Origin: Erysipelotrichaceae bacterium
GTDB taxonomy: Bacteria > Bacillota_I > Bacilli_A > Erysipelotrichales > Erysipelotrichaceae
Direction: 5' to 3'
Assembly: GCA_030604855.1 (NCBI GenBank)
Contig: JAUVVC010000003.1
Span: forward strand, 30,001-62,000
Length of the DNA: 32,000 bases
How positions within the stretch are numbered: position 1 is the stretch's first letter; the number at the start of each line of letters is the position of its first letter. The notes under the pieces were generated by a model that was not told the DNA's origin, ran no database searches, and worked only from the letters and a program-made list of their open reading frames with translations. This document shows positions 18,691 through 26,702 of this stretch, in pieces. Both the position numbers and the translations under genes were made by a program.

Positions 18691-18965
18691 TGTGGGTCTA
18701 TCTCATTCCCTTGTTGGGATTGGTGTATTATGCCTTGATTGTGGTTTTGGCTAAGCGCTTTAATTTCAAACGTATCCATGGCTTGTGGTTGCCGGTCATC
18801 TTGAATGTATTAGGTATAATCGGGGTGACCACTGCTTCATTCACGGATAGTACCGGTTGGGCTACTCTAGGTTACCTGATCATGGAGATTTTGGCTTTAG
18901 GTTTCTTGTTGGTTTATGGCATCAGTTGGGGCATTCATGTCTTGATCGAGAAGTCCAAGAAATAA
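18690..18965 (+). CDS. small membrane protein (3 TM)
   Basis: 91 aa, hydrophobic. TAATG overlap with the upstream gene. A terminator follows. Confidence 0.5.
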   Translation: MWVYLIPLLGLVYYALIVVLAKRFNFKRIHGLWLPVILNVLGIIGVTTASFTDSTGWATLGYLIMEILALGFLLVYGISWGIHVLIEKSKK

Positions 18966-18997
18966 CAACACTTGCATTTGCGGTGTTGTTTTTTTAT
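18964..18997 (+). terminator. rho-independent terminator
   Basis: AACAACAC-11 nt-GTGTTGTT followed by a T run. Confidence 0.6.
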
Positions 18998-19034
18998 ACT
19001 AAGAAGGCTTTAAGAAGAAAGAAAGGGTGACGCA

Positions 19035-19229
19035 ATGGGCGATTTTATTGTGATTCTAATCTTGGTCCTCATTGTGGGTGCTGTCTTTCGCTTCATTCAT
19101 TTGGAACGCAAGAAGATTAAACAGAGTTGTTATGGGATCGGCTGTATCGGTTGTGCGAAAGCCACATCATGCAGTTCTTTGACTCCGGAAGAGTTGCTTG
19201 CGAATCTGCGCAAAGAAATACGTCAATAA
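19035..19229 (+). CDS. FeoB-associated Cys-rich membrane protein family
   Basis: 64 aa: an N-terminal TM helix followed by the Cys-rich segment CYGIGCIGCAKATSC. No feoB gene is nearby. Confidence 0.6.
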   Translation: MGDFIVILILVLIVGAVFRFIHLERKKIKQSCYGIGCIGCAKATSCSSLTPEELLANLRKEIRQ

Positions 19230-19252
19230 GAAGCTTCGGCTTCTTTTGTTTT
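19228..19252 (+). terminator. rho-independent terminator
   Basis: AAGAAGC-ttcg-GCTTCTT followed by TTGTTTT. Confidence 0.65.
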
Positions 19253-19266
19253 GGTATAATGAAGGT

Positions 19267-20175
19267 ATGAAAATACAAAATAAAGCATTGCGATTGATTT
19301 GGAAACAAATCGGTGAAAGTGATGAACTGTATTACCAAAGCGCCACCATGCCCACTGGGGTCGAACTGAGTCTGGACCATGCCTATGTCAATGATGATGA
19401 ACCGATGCATCGTTTGGACATCGCACGACCGGAGGGTCATCAAGGGAAATTGCCCGTTGTCATTCAGATTCATGGTGGGGGTTGGGTCTATGGTCATAAA
19501 GACAGTTATTACCGATACCATGCGATGGAATGTGCCAAGTATGGCTATGCGGTACTGACGATTAATTATCGTCTTGCCTTTGATCATCCTTTTCCATCCA
19601 TGATTGAAGATGTCTTTGCCGTCCTTCATTGGCTTAAAGCCAATGCCGAGGCGGAAGCCCTCGATGTGGATAATGTGTTTATCCTTGGCGATTCTGCAGG
19701 AGCACATATCACAGCCCTAACGGCTTTGATTCATCAATCAAAAGAGCTTCAGGAGCGGTATGGTGTTCAAGCTGCGGATATTCAAATCAAAGCCTTGGGT
19801 TTGAGTTGTGGTGTCTATGATTTTGATCGTTTGCTTAATGATCCTTATGATATGCCGATGCGAAGAACACTCTTGGAGACGATCTTTGATCGCAAGGATT
19901 TTAATGAGCATCCCTTTTATCTCTATGCATCGGTATCGAAGCAGTTATCGGTGGGATTGCCGCCGGTGTATCTGGTGAGCAGTGAAGCGGATCCCTTGTG
20001 TCCTGAATCGAAACAATTGATCCAGGAATTGGATGGTTCAAACGCTGTGTTTAAAGCACGTATCTTTGCGAAGGATCATGCTTTACCTCATGTGTTCAAT
20101 CTTAAATCCATCTATCCAGAGTCACGGATTGTTTTGAATGAAATGTTTGCGTTTTTTGCTCAGTTTAGAACTTGA
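19267..20175 (+). CDS. alpha/beta hydrolase (esterase/lipase, HGGG-type)
   Basis: IQIHGGGWVYG oxyanion motif and the GDSAGAH nucleophile elbow. Start trimmed to ATG 19267. Confidence 0.8.
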   Translation: MKIQNKALRLIWKQIGESDELYYQSATMPTGVELSLDHAYVNDDEPMHRLDIARPEGHQGKLPVVIQIHGGGWVYGHKDSYYRYHAMECAKYGYAVLTINYRLAFDHPFPSMIEDVFAVLHWLKANAEAEALDVDNVFILGDSAGAHITALTALIHQSKELQERYGVQAADIQIKALGLSCGVYDFDRLLNDPYDMPMRRTLLETIFDRKDFNEHPFYLYASVSKQLSVGLPPVYLVSSEADPLCPESKQLIQELDGSNAVFKARIFAKDHALPHVFNLKSIYPESRIVLNEMFAFFAQFRT

Positions 20176-20200
20176 ATTCTTTGTTTGTGCGTGCTAAACT
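20172..20200 (+). promoter_or_regulatory. candidate promoter of the tRNA cluster
   Basis: TTGAAT 20172-20177, a 17-nt spacer, TAAACT 20195-20200, about 15 nt before the first tRNA. Confidence 0.35.
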
Positions 20201-20215
20201 TAAAACGCACACTTT

Positions 20216-20291
20216 GGACGCTTAGCTCAGTTGGGAGAGCACCTGCTTGACGTGCAGGGGGTCAGGGGTTCGAGTCCCTTAGCGTCCACCA
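20216..20291 (+). tRNA. tRNA-Val (anticodon GAC)
   Basis: Acceptor GGACGCT/AGCGTCC, anticodon loop TTGACGT, T arm GGGGTTCGAGTCCCT, encoded CCA. 76 nt. Confidence 0.9.
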
Positions 20292-20301
20292 TTTGTGTTT
20301 T

Positions 20302-20378
20302 GTGCCCGTGGCGCAATTGGATAGCGCATTTGATTCCGATTCAAAAGGCTGCAGGTTCAAGTCCTGTCGGGCGCACCA
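20302..20378 (+). tRNA. tRNA-Arg (anticodon CCG)
   Basis: Acceptor GTGCCCG/CGGGCGC, anticodon stem TTTGA/TCAAA with loop TTCCGAT, T loop GGTTCAAGTCC, CCA. 77 nt. Confidence 0.85.
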
Positions 20379-20381
20379 TTA

Positions 20382-20458
20382 CGGGACATAGCACAGCTTG
20401 GTAGTGCGCTTGCTTCGGGAGCAAGAGGTCGCGTGTTCAAATCACGTTGTCCCGACCA
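20382..20458 (+). tRNA. tRNA-Pro (anticodon CGG)
   Basis: Acceptor CGGGACA/TGTCCCG, anticodon stem CTTGC/GCAAG with loop TTCGGGA, T loop TGTTCAAATCA, CCA. 77 nt. Confidence 0.85.
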
Positions 20459-20462
20459 GAAC

Positions 20463-20538
20463 GGGGCTGTAGCTCAGCTGGAAGAGCACAACGCTGGCAG
20501 CGTTGGGGTCGAGGGTTCGAGTCCCTTCAGCTCCACCA
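20463..20538 (+). tRNA. tRNA-Ala (anticodon GGC)
   Basis: Acceptor GGGGCTG/CAGCTCC with the G3:U70 Ala identity pair, anticodon loop CTGGCAG, T loop GGTTCGAGTCC, CCA. 76 nt. Confidence 0.9.
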
Positions 20539-20640
20539 TATACGTAAACAAGTACAACTTTAGGATGTGCTTTTTTTTCACCTTGTGAGGATTAGGGAGA
20601 AGTGCTAGACTGAAACGTATAGATGGGACGAGGGAGAACT

Positions 20641-21816
20641 ATGATCAAGATCTTGATTCGATGGTTTGTGAAGAACAGTGAAGTCATAGAAAATAAAAAT
20701 GTTCGTGAACAGATCATTTCGTTGAGTGGGATGATTGGTATCTTTTGTAATGCCTTGATCTTTGTGATCAAGCTTTTCTTAGGTTTTTCCATCAACAGCA
20801 TTGCCATCATCTCGGATGCCTTCAATAATCTTTTTGACATCGCCTCATCCATTATCTCCATCGTGACGGCAAAACTGGCTAATCGACCACCTGATGCCGA
20901 GCACCCGCATGGACATGGACGTTTTGAATACATCGGTTCTTTAGGTGTTGCGTTCATCATCTTTACGGTAGGCTTTGAGTTGTTTAAGCAATCCTACGCA
21001 CGCGTTATTAATCCAGAACCGGTTGATTTCAATCCTTGGGTCTTGATGCTTATGGGTTTTACGGTTTTAATCAAATTGTGGATGTTCATGTACAATCGAT
21101 ATCTTCATCGTACCTTGAATTCAAGCATCAATAAGGCAACGGCCTTTGATAGTTTGAGTGATGTGGTAGCGACAAGTCTACTCATTATTTCAATGCTTAT
21201 TGCCTTGGTCACACCATTGCCGATCGATGGCTTCATGGGCATCCTCATCGCATTGATGATCATGTATTCTGGTTTTGATGTGGCAAAGGATATGGTCGGT
21301 GTATTGTTGGGGTCACATCCACAGCCTGAGGTTATCCAAACTCTTGAGAAGATTCTTAAAGATGGCCCCAGTATTCTTGAGATCCATGATTTGCAGGTCC
21401 ATGACTATGGTCCTGGTCGAATCTTAGGTTCTGTGCATGTGGAACTTTCGGATACATTGAACATAGTCGAAGCGCATCGCATCATCGATGCGTTAGAAAA
21501 GCAGATCGAGGCGGAGATGAACATCGTCTTGACCATTCATGTGGATCCTATTTCAACAGATACCGATAAGACAAATCGTGTTCAGAATGACATACAAGTC
21601 ATCGTAAGTGCGATTGATCCATCGATTCGTATCGATCATTTTCGCATTGCTCAAGCGAAGAGCATCTTTGTGGTGATCTTTGATCTCATTGTTGAAAAGA
21701 CACTGCTTGAGTCGGAACAAAGCAATTTGAAACAACGCATTAAAAATAGTATTCATGAATGTTATCCTCATTATGATGTGGTGATTGACAATGTGTTGAT
21801 TCAAGAGAAGGCATAA
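20641..21816 (+). CDS. cation diffusion facilitator (CDF) family metal efflux transporter
   Basis: SDAFNNLFDIASS (TM2 metal site), HPHGHGRFEY and FDSLSDVVATS (TM5 site). GAGGGAG SD precedes ATG 20641. About 390 aa, longer than typical CDFs at the C-terminus. Confidence 0.85.
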   Translation: MIKILIRWFVKNSEVIENKNVREQIISLSGMIGIFCNALIFVIKLFLGFSINSIAIISDAFNNLFDIASSIISIVTAKLANRPPDAEHPHGHGRFEYIGSLGVAFIIFTVGFELFKQSYARVINPEPVDFNPWVLMLMGFTVLIKLWMFMYNRYLHRTLNSSINKATAFDSLSDVVATSLLIISMLIALVTPLPIDGFMGILIALMIMYSGFDVAKDMVGVLLGSHPQPEVIQTLEKILKDGPSILEIHDLQVHDYGPGRILGSVHVELSDTLNIVEAHRIIDALEKQIEAEMNIVLTIHVDPISTDTDKTNRVQNDIQVIVSAIDPSIRIDHFRIAQAKSIFVVIFDLIVEKTLLESEQSNLKQRIKNSIHECYPHYDVVIDNVLIQEKA

Positions 21817-21828
21817 GCCTTTTTTTTG
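21806..21828 (+). terminator. rho-independent terminator
   Basis: AAGGC-ataa-GCCTT followed by T7. Confidence 0.5.
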
Positions 21829-21866
21829 TTTATGCATTGGTGTTTTAATGGTGAAAAGGAGTTCGC

Positions 21867-22280
21867 ATGAAATACGGAAAAACAGATAAGAAGTTGGAGG
21901 ATTATCTTAAGACATTAGATCCCAAGCGACAAGCAGATGGTAAGATTTTATCAAACTTGTTTGAAGAGGTAACGGGGCATCCTTCAGTACTCTGGGGGGA
22001 TTCCATCATTGGATATGGGGACTGTCATTATAAGTATGAATCTGGATTGGAAGGAGATTCATCCATTGTGGCATTCTCACCACGTAAAGCCAAGTTGAGT
22101 ATTTATCTTTATCTTCCAGAAGATGAGCGTGAAGACTGGCTTAAACGTTTGGGTAAATGTACGAGCGGTAAACTGTGCATCTACGTGAATCAGTTGAAGG
22201 ATATTGATTTGGATGTATTGAGACAGATGATCAAACGGTCTTGGGAAGCGGTATTGGAACTTTATCCTGATCAAGGGTAA
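21867..22280 (+). CDS. DUF1801 (YdhG-like) domain protein
   Basis: 137 aa. ...VLWGDSIIGYGDCHYKYESGLEGDSSIVAFSPRKAKLSIYL... matches the DUF1801 pattern. AAAGGAG SD. Confidence 0.65.
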   Translation: MKYGKTDKKLEDYLKTLDPKRQADGKILSNLFEEVTGHPSVLWGDSIIGYGDCHYKYESGLEGDSSIVAFSPRKAKLSIYLYLPEDEREDWLKRLGKCTSGKLCIYVNQLKDIDLDVLRQMIKRSWEAVLELYPDQG

Positions 22281-22365
22281 AGTTTTTTAATAAACAGAAA
22301 TATTCAAAGTTTAATATAACGGTATCCATGTGTTGGTAGATAGACTATGGGATCAGTTTGATATA

Positions 22366-22577
22366 CATGGAAAACTACAACGAATAAAAAGCTCTGACTG
22401 CGAAGACATTCTCTCAATCTGCACATCTGTATCTCAGGGATGAACCCTTGAATTTCATTGATGTGCTGTCTCGTGTTCAAATTGAGGACTTGATTCTAAA
22501 ATTTAACCAACCATGCTCTTCGTAGAACATGATCAACTTTTGTGGATAAGATTGCGACAGAGATCATCAAACTTTGA
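22366..22577 (+). pseudogene. decayed C-terminal fragment of an ABC ATPase (ABC-F / Lsa-like flavour)
   Basis: Three frames must be joined. The pieces are ...GKLQRIK...SICTSVSQG, then DEPLNFIDVLSRVQIEDLILKFNQP (Walker B region, 22439-22513), then MLFVEHDQL, then FVDKIATEIIKL and TGA 22575-22577. A hairpin AAAGGA-7 nt-TCCTTT with T's follows. Confidence 0.5.
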
Positions 22578-22674
22578 GTATCAATACACATTCATGAAAA
22601 GGAGCAATGTTCCTTTTATTTACATTCAAATGAAACAGGCATACACTAAAAAGTGAAAGGTTAAGGAATGCAAC

Positions 22675-23304
22675 ATGATTAAAGTAGAACACCTGACCAA
22701 GCGATACAGCAGTGGTAAAGGCATCTTTGATGTTTCATTTGAAGTTAAACAAGGTGAAGTCTTTGGCTTCCTTGGTCCCAATGGGGCAGGAAAAACGACC
22801 ACCATCCGCCAACTCCTCGGATTTACCAATGCGAATGAGGGCATCTGCACCATCAATGGTTTGGATACCCGTAAAGACAGTCACTTGATCAAGAAGAATC
22901 TGGGTTATTTACCTGGTGAGATTGCCTTTTTTGATGATATGACCGGTCATCAGTTCATGGATTTCATGCAGTCTTTGTACAATCATCACGACAAGACCTT
23001 AAGACATGAATTGATGGATCGTTTTGAATTGGAAGGGGATCGTAAGATTCGTAAGATGTCAAAAGGGATGAAGCAAAAGGTTGCGCTGATCACTGCCTTC
23101 ATGCATGATCCGGATATTTTGATTTTGGATGAGCCGACCAGTGGTTTGGATCCCTTGATGCAGAAACGTTTCATCGAATTCATTTTGGAACAAAAAGCCA
23201 AAGGAAAGACCATCTTGATGTCTTCCCATATGTTTGAAGAAGTGGAGCGGACCTGTGAGCGGGTTGCGATCATCAAGGATGGTCGAATCGTTGCGATTGA
23301 GTAG
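22675..23304 (+). CDS. ABC transporter ATP-binding protein (NBD), ended by an in-frame TAG
   Basis: Walker A GPNGAGKTT, signature MSKGMKQKV, Walker B ILILDEPTSGLD and an H-loop SSH. Only 209 aa because of TAG 23302-23304. Confidence 0.8.
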   Translation: MIKVEHLTKRYSSGKGIFDVSFEVKQGEVFGFLGPNGAGKTTTIRQLLGFTNANEGICTINGLDTRKDSHLIKKNLGYLPGEIAFFDDMTGHQFMDFMQSLYNHHDKTLRHELMDRFELEGDRKIRKMSKGMKQKVALITAFMHDPDILILDEPTSGLDPLMQKRFIEFILEQKAKGKTILMSSHMFEEVERTCERVAIIKDGRIVAIE

Positions 23305-23325
23305 ATCAGTACCTTGAAAGAGAAC

Positions 23326-23559
23326 ATGCAGAAACAGTATATTGTCAGTTTAAAGGATCAAGCTTCCATTGATTTCTTGCTTAAATCGGATTTAGAGACA
23401 AGGGCGATCAATGGTCATCAAGTGGAGATCACACTCAAAAACAACACCCAACAGATGTTGGATGTCTTGCATCAATGCAAGGTGGAAAGTTTTGATTCAG
23501 TCCATCAGTCCTTGGAACAAATCTTTATTTCCTATTATGGTAAAGGAGAAACACGATGA
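23326..23559 (+). CDS. C-terminal accessory domain of the same ABC ATPase, now a separate ORF (same frame as 22675-23304)
   Basis: The frame continues straight after the TAG as ...IVAIE*ISTLKENMQKQYIVSL.... The N-terminal part plus this tail gives about 294 aa, the usual length of ABC-2-type ATPases. The stop overlaps the permease start as ATGA. Confidence 0.55.
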   Translation: MQKQYIVSLKDQASIDFLLKSDLETRAINGHQVEITLKNNTQQMLDVLHQCKVESFDSVHQSLEQIFISYYGKGETR

Positions 23560-24356
23560 TCTGGCCACTGTTCAAATACAATATTAAAACGAATCGATTC
23601 TTGTGGCTCTTACTCGTAGCCGTTATGTTTATGTATTTCTCCATCATCATCTCAATGTATGATCCCGAGAATATTGAAGCGTTGACCAAAATGCTGGAAC
23701 TCTTTCCCAAAGAATTGATGGATGCGATGGGCTTCAGCCAATTTGGCACGACTTTATTATCGTTCATCGTGGGGTATATCTATGGCTTTTTGATTTTCTT
23801 GTTTCCGATGGTTTTAACCGTTGTGATCAATCATAAGTTGGTCGCATCCATGGTGGACAAGGGAAGTATGGCCTATTTACTGTCCTCACCTTTTTCAAGA
23901 GTAAAAGTCGCTTTGACGCAGGCTTTGAGTGGTTTGGTGTTGATCACTACGTTTCTTTCAGTTGTGACATTGAGTGCATTGGCAATGTCGGAGTTGATGT
24001 TTGCAGGTGAGATGGATATCGCGATGTTCATCAAAATCAACATTTATACAATCATCCTTTACTGGGCGATCAGTTCCATTGTTTTCTTTGGCTCAGCGAT
24101 TGCGAATGACTCCAAAGTCAGTTTGGGTATAGGTGTCGGAGTCCCTGTCATGTTCCTTGTGATACAGATGTTGTCAGGTGTCGGAGAAGACTTCAAATGG
24201 TTGGAGAATTTCACCATGTATACCCTTTTCAACCCCGATAAGATGATCCAAGGGGATGGATTTGTTTGGTTGGGCATGACTGTGTTAATCGCAATAGCAC
24301 TTGTACTCTACAGTGCTGCTATCTGGATTTTCAATCGTAAGAACCTCTATATTTAA
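23556..24356 (+). CDS. ABC-2 type transporter permease
   Basis: 266 aa with about 6 TM segments, translationally coupled to the ATPase. Confidence 0.75.
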   Translation: MIWPLFKYNIKTNRFLWLLLVAVMFMYFSIIISMYDPENIEALTKMLELFPKELMDAMGFSQFGTTLLSFIVGYIYGFLIFLFPMVLTVVINHKLVASMVDKGSMAYLLSSPFSRVKVALTQALSGLVLITTFLSVVTLSALAMSELMFAGEMDIAMFIKINIYTIILYWAISSIVFFGSAIANDSKVSLGIGVGVPVMFLVIQMLSGVGEDFKWLENFTMYTLFNPDKMIQGDGFVWLGMTVLIAIALVLYSAAIWIFNRKNLYI

Positions 24357-24558
24357 CTTGTGAATAAAGAATGTAAATATTTCACATAGATTTCACAGTT
24401 CTTACATTGTATTTTCATGAAGATTCTATATACTTATCTCATAACAAGGGATCGATCATATCAAACTTCATTTCATTGTTCCCCCTAAAATATAAAACTC
24501 CTTGTTTATTAAAATCGTACTGGCAGCGTACGATTTTTAATTTGTGTATAATAGTCCT

Positions 24559-24957
24559 ATGAAACCTTACTTATTACGTCTAAAACCTAAGCAGGATATC
24601 AGATTGGAGCTCATCCGATTTGCACAAGCACATAACATCAAAACAGCCTCGATTGTGTCGGCTGTTGGAAGTGTGTCATCCATGAAAGTTCGGATTGCGG
24701 ATGGGAAGACGGTTGTGAGTGATGATCAGAATCGTGAAGTTCTAAGTTTGAGTGGTACTTTGATCAATGGAAAGATTCATGCGCATATTGGCGCAATCTC
24801 CACAAAGATGGGTGTCTTTGGAGGCCATTTGATGGAAGGCTGTATCGTGCATACGACGATGGAGGTCACATTATTCGATCTTACGGATGACATTCAAGCA
24901 GAAAGAAGGTTTGATTCACAAACCGGCTTTGATGAGCTCTATGTTATTGACATTTAA
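24559..24957 (+). CDS. PPC (DUF296) domain DNA-binding protein
   Basis: MKPYLLRLKPKQDIRLELIRFAQAHNIKTASIVSAVGSV...LSLSGTL...HAHIG...GGHL matches the PPC/DUF296 pattern. Start trimmed to ATG 24559. Confidence 0.7.
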   Translation: MKPYLLRLKPKQDIRLELIRFAQAHNIKTASIVSAVGSVSSMKVRIADGKTVVSDDQNREVLSLSGTLINGKIHAHIGAISTKMGVFGGHLMEGCIVHTTMEVTLFDLTDDIQAERRFDSQTGFDELYVIDI

Positions 24958-24983
24958 CGCTACAATTTATATTATTTAATAGC

Positions 24984-25059
24984 GCCGACTTAGCTCAACT
25001 GGTAGAGCAACTGAATCGTAATCAGTAGGTTGCGGGTTCAAGTCCTGTAGTCGGCACCA
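24984..25059 (+). tRNA. tRNA-Thr (anticodon CGT)
   Basis: Acceptor GCCGACT/AGTCGGC, anticodon stem ACTGA/TCAGT with loop ATCGTAA, T loop GGTTCAAGTCC, CCA. 76 nt. Confidence 0.9.
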
Positions 25060-25126
25060 TTTAACACTAAGAATGCCCTAATATGTAGCATATATATGGG
25101 GCATTTTGCATTTATGTAGAAAAAAC

Positions 25127-25160
25127 AACATAAGTAAAATAAGAATAAATTACTTATGTT
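25127..25160. repeat. perfect 11-bp inverted repeat
   Basis: AACATAAGTAA-12 nt-TTACTTATGTT, 68 nt after the tRNA-Thr end. Confidence 0.6.
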
Positions 25161-25317
25161 GAGCAATTAATAAGCTAGAAATCATCTGAAATAGCTTCAG
25201 TTTTCCAGAAGTTAAAATTTGTGGGTTAAAATAAAAATCTCGTTTTAAGTGAATTCACTTATATATTTAATAATATAAAAGAACCCTACACATTAAGTTT
25301 GTGTAAGATTCTTAAGG

Positions 25318-26580
25318 TTATTCATTCTCGATTATTATACTTAATTCTGGTTCGAGTCGGCTTATGACTCTAGTGACGAGTGCATTCCCCATCATGAAAT
25401 ATCTACGAGATTCTGGCATCCCTGTATTTGTCCAATTATCTGGAAAAGATTGCAAGCGCTCAGCTTCAATGGGTGTAATGAATCTAAGCCTACCGGTTAA
25501 GTGGTCTTCAATCACATGTGTACTACGATTTATACTTGACTCACTTGTAAGCATAGTTCTACCTGGTAAATCTAAACTATCAGGGAAGCCCATGCCGCCT
25601 TCGGAATAAAAATAGGAGTTACCATTAGAGTTGACACGCTTAATCTTCTTGCCATCTTTTAGGTACTTGAATTTCTCTATTTGCTTTTCAGTTAAGAAGT
25701 AGTTTGATAAATCAACGCCTTCTTCTCTAATTTCTGAAAGCGTAATGGGTTCTTCTGGGTTCGGAATAACTTTCTGAGTGAAAGCGACACCATCTACCAT
25801 TAGTCCAGAGTTTTCAAATAAGAAACTGAACTTTTCTGTCATTTGAACAGTATCGAGGTGTTCATTAAGGTTTACAGACTTAAGCTTGTTTTGTTGGCTC
25901 AAAGCAATATCTAATGGGAATGAAGAAGCAAGTAAGCTTCTGTTGAGCATAATGTCTTCTACCGTATAATCGTTCACCATTTGGTTGTATCTTAATTCCC
26001 TTCGCCAAGCGAAAATAAAGACGCGACGTCTTCTTTGTGCGCCACCATAATCGGCTGCATTAATGACTCGCCATTCCAGATTATAACCAAGGTCTGAAAA
26101 AGTTCTAAGCATTATTCCAAAATCTCTACCACGCTGAAGTGCTGGAGACTTTAACAGTCTATCTACATTTTCAAGTAAAACAAACGGAGTTGCTTTCGCT
26201 TCGAGGATATCTGTTATTTGCCAGAACAGAACTCCCTTTTTTCCTTCAATTCCTTTTTCGTTACTTTTTGTACGCGCAACAGAATAGTCTTGACATGGGA
26301 ATCCACCCACTAAGAGAGAATGGTCAGGAAGCAATTCTTTATTAACTAATGAAATGTCTTCATTGCTGTTAGGACCTGGATTATTAAACCGAGTTACATA
26401 ACACTGATATGCATGTTGAGATATTGTTGATGGTTCCCACTGGGAGGCCCATACGAAATCCCAGTTATTTCTTTCGATAGCTTTTCCGTTTTGGTCAAAG
26501 TTAGCAACATTGTTCAAACCAACTCGAAACCCACCTACTCCGGCAAAAAGCTCTATTACGGTTTTTTCCATTGTGTACAC
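25318..26580 (-). CDS. DNA (cytosine-5)-methyltransferase, M.Sau3AI-like
   Basis: C5-MTase motifs ELFAGVGGF (I), GGFPCQDYS (IV), LLENVDRLL (VI), QRRRRVFIF (VIII) and MGNALV (X). Long stretches recalled from M.Sau3AI are also present (WASQWEPS, GKKGVLFWQI, RGRDFGIML, EWRVINAADYG, RTMLTSESSINRSTH, PIEAERLQSFPDNWT). Confidence 0.9.
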   Translation of the reverse strand: MYTMEKTVIELFAGVGGFRVGLNNVANFDQNGKAIERNNWDFVWASQWEPSTISQHAYQCYVTRFNNPGPNSNEDISLVNKELLPDHSLLVGGFPCQDYSVARTKSNEKGIEGKKGVLFWQITDILEAKATPFVLLENVDRLLKSPALQRGRDFGIMLRTFSDLGYNLEWRVINAADYGGAQRRRRVFIFAWRRELRYNQMVNDYTVEDIMLNRSLLASSFPLDIALSQQNKLKSVNLNEHLDTVQMTEKFSFLFENSGLMVDGVAFTQKVIPNPEEPITLSEIREEGVDLSNYFLTEKQIEKFKYLKDGKKIKRVNSNGNSYFYSEGGMGFPDSLDLPGRTMLTSESSINRSTHVIEDHLTGRLRFITPIEAERLQSFPDNWTNTGMPESRRYFMMGNALVTRVISRLEPELSIIIENE

Positions 26581-26702
26581 TCTCCTAGTACTATTGTATA
26601 ATAATCGAAATGGGATTTTGGTTATTTTTACAATAAAAACTTCATTAATTATACAGCATTTCTTTTACTCAGAACAATAATTAAAACAGGGGGGATAAGG
26701 GT

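Noticed and set aside
19117-19707. Long antisense ORFs (19117-19707, 935-1342, 10683-11093, 2432-2842, 20592-20960 and similar)
   Set aside because: Each lies opposite a gene with strong family motifs, lacks an SD and has a biased, low-complexity composition. These are shadow ORFs.
20539-20640. A metal riboswitch (czcD/NiCo type) ahead of the CDF transporter
   Set aside because: Only about 60 nt lie between the tRNA-cluster terminator-like hairpin and the SD. I could not find the paired four-helix arrangement or conserved G-rich junctions. The leader looks too short.
1-25059. The whole window using genetic code 4
   Set aside because: Host genes end at TGA with coupled restarts: ATGA at 2150-2153, 8850-8853 and 23556-23559, and TGATG at 8111-8115. 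The gene ends at 13572 and 20175 are also TGA. Reading through these would fuse unrelated proteins.
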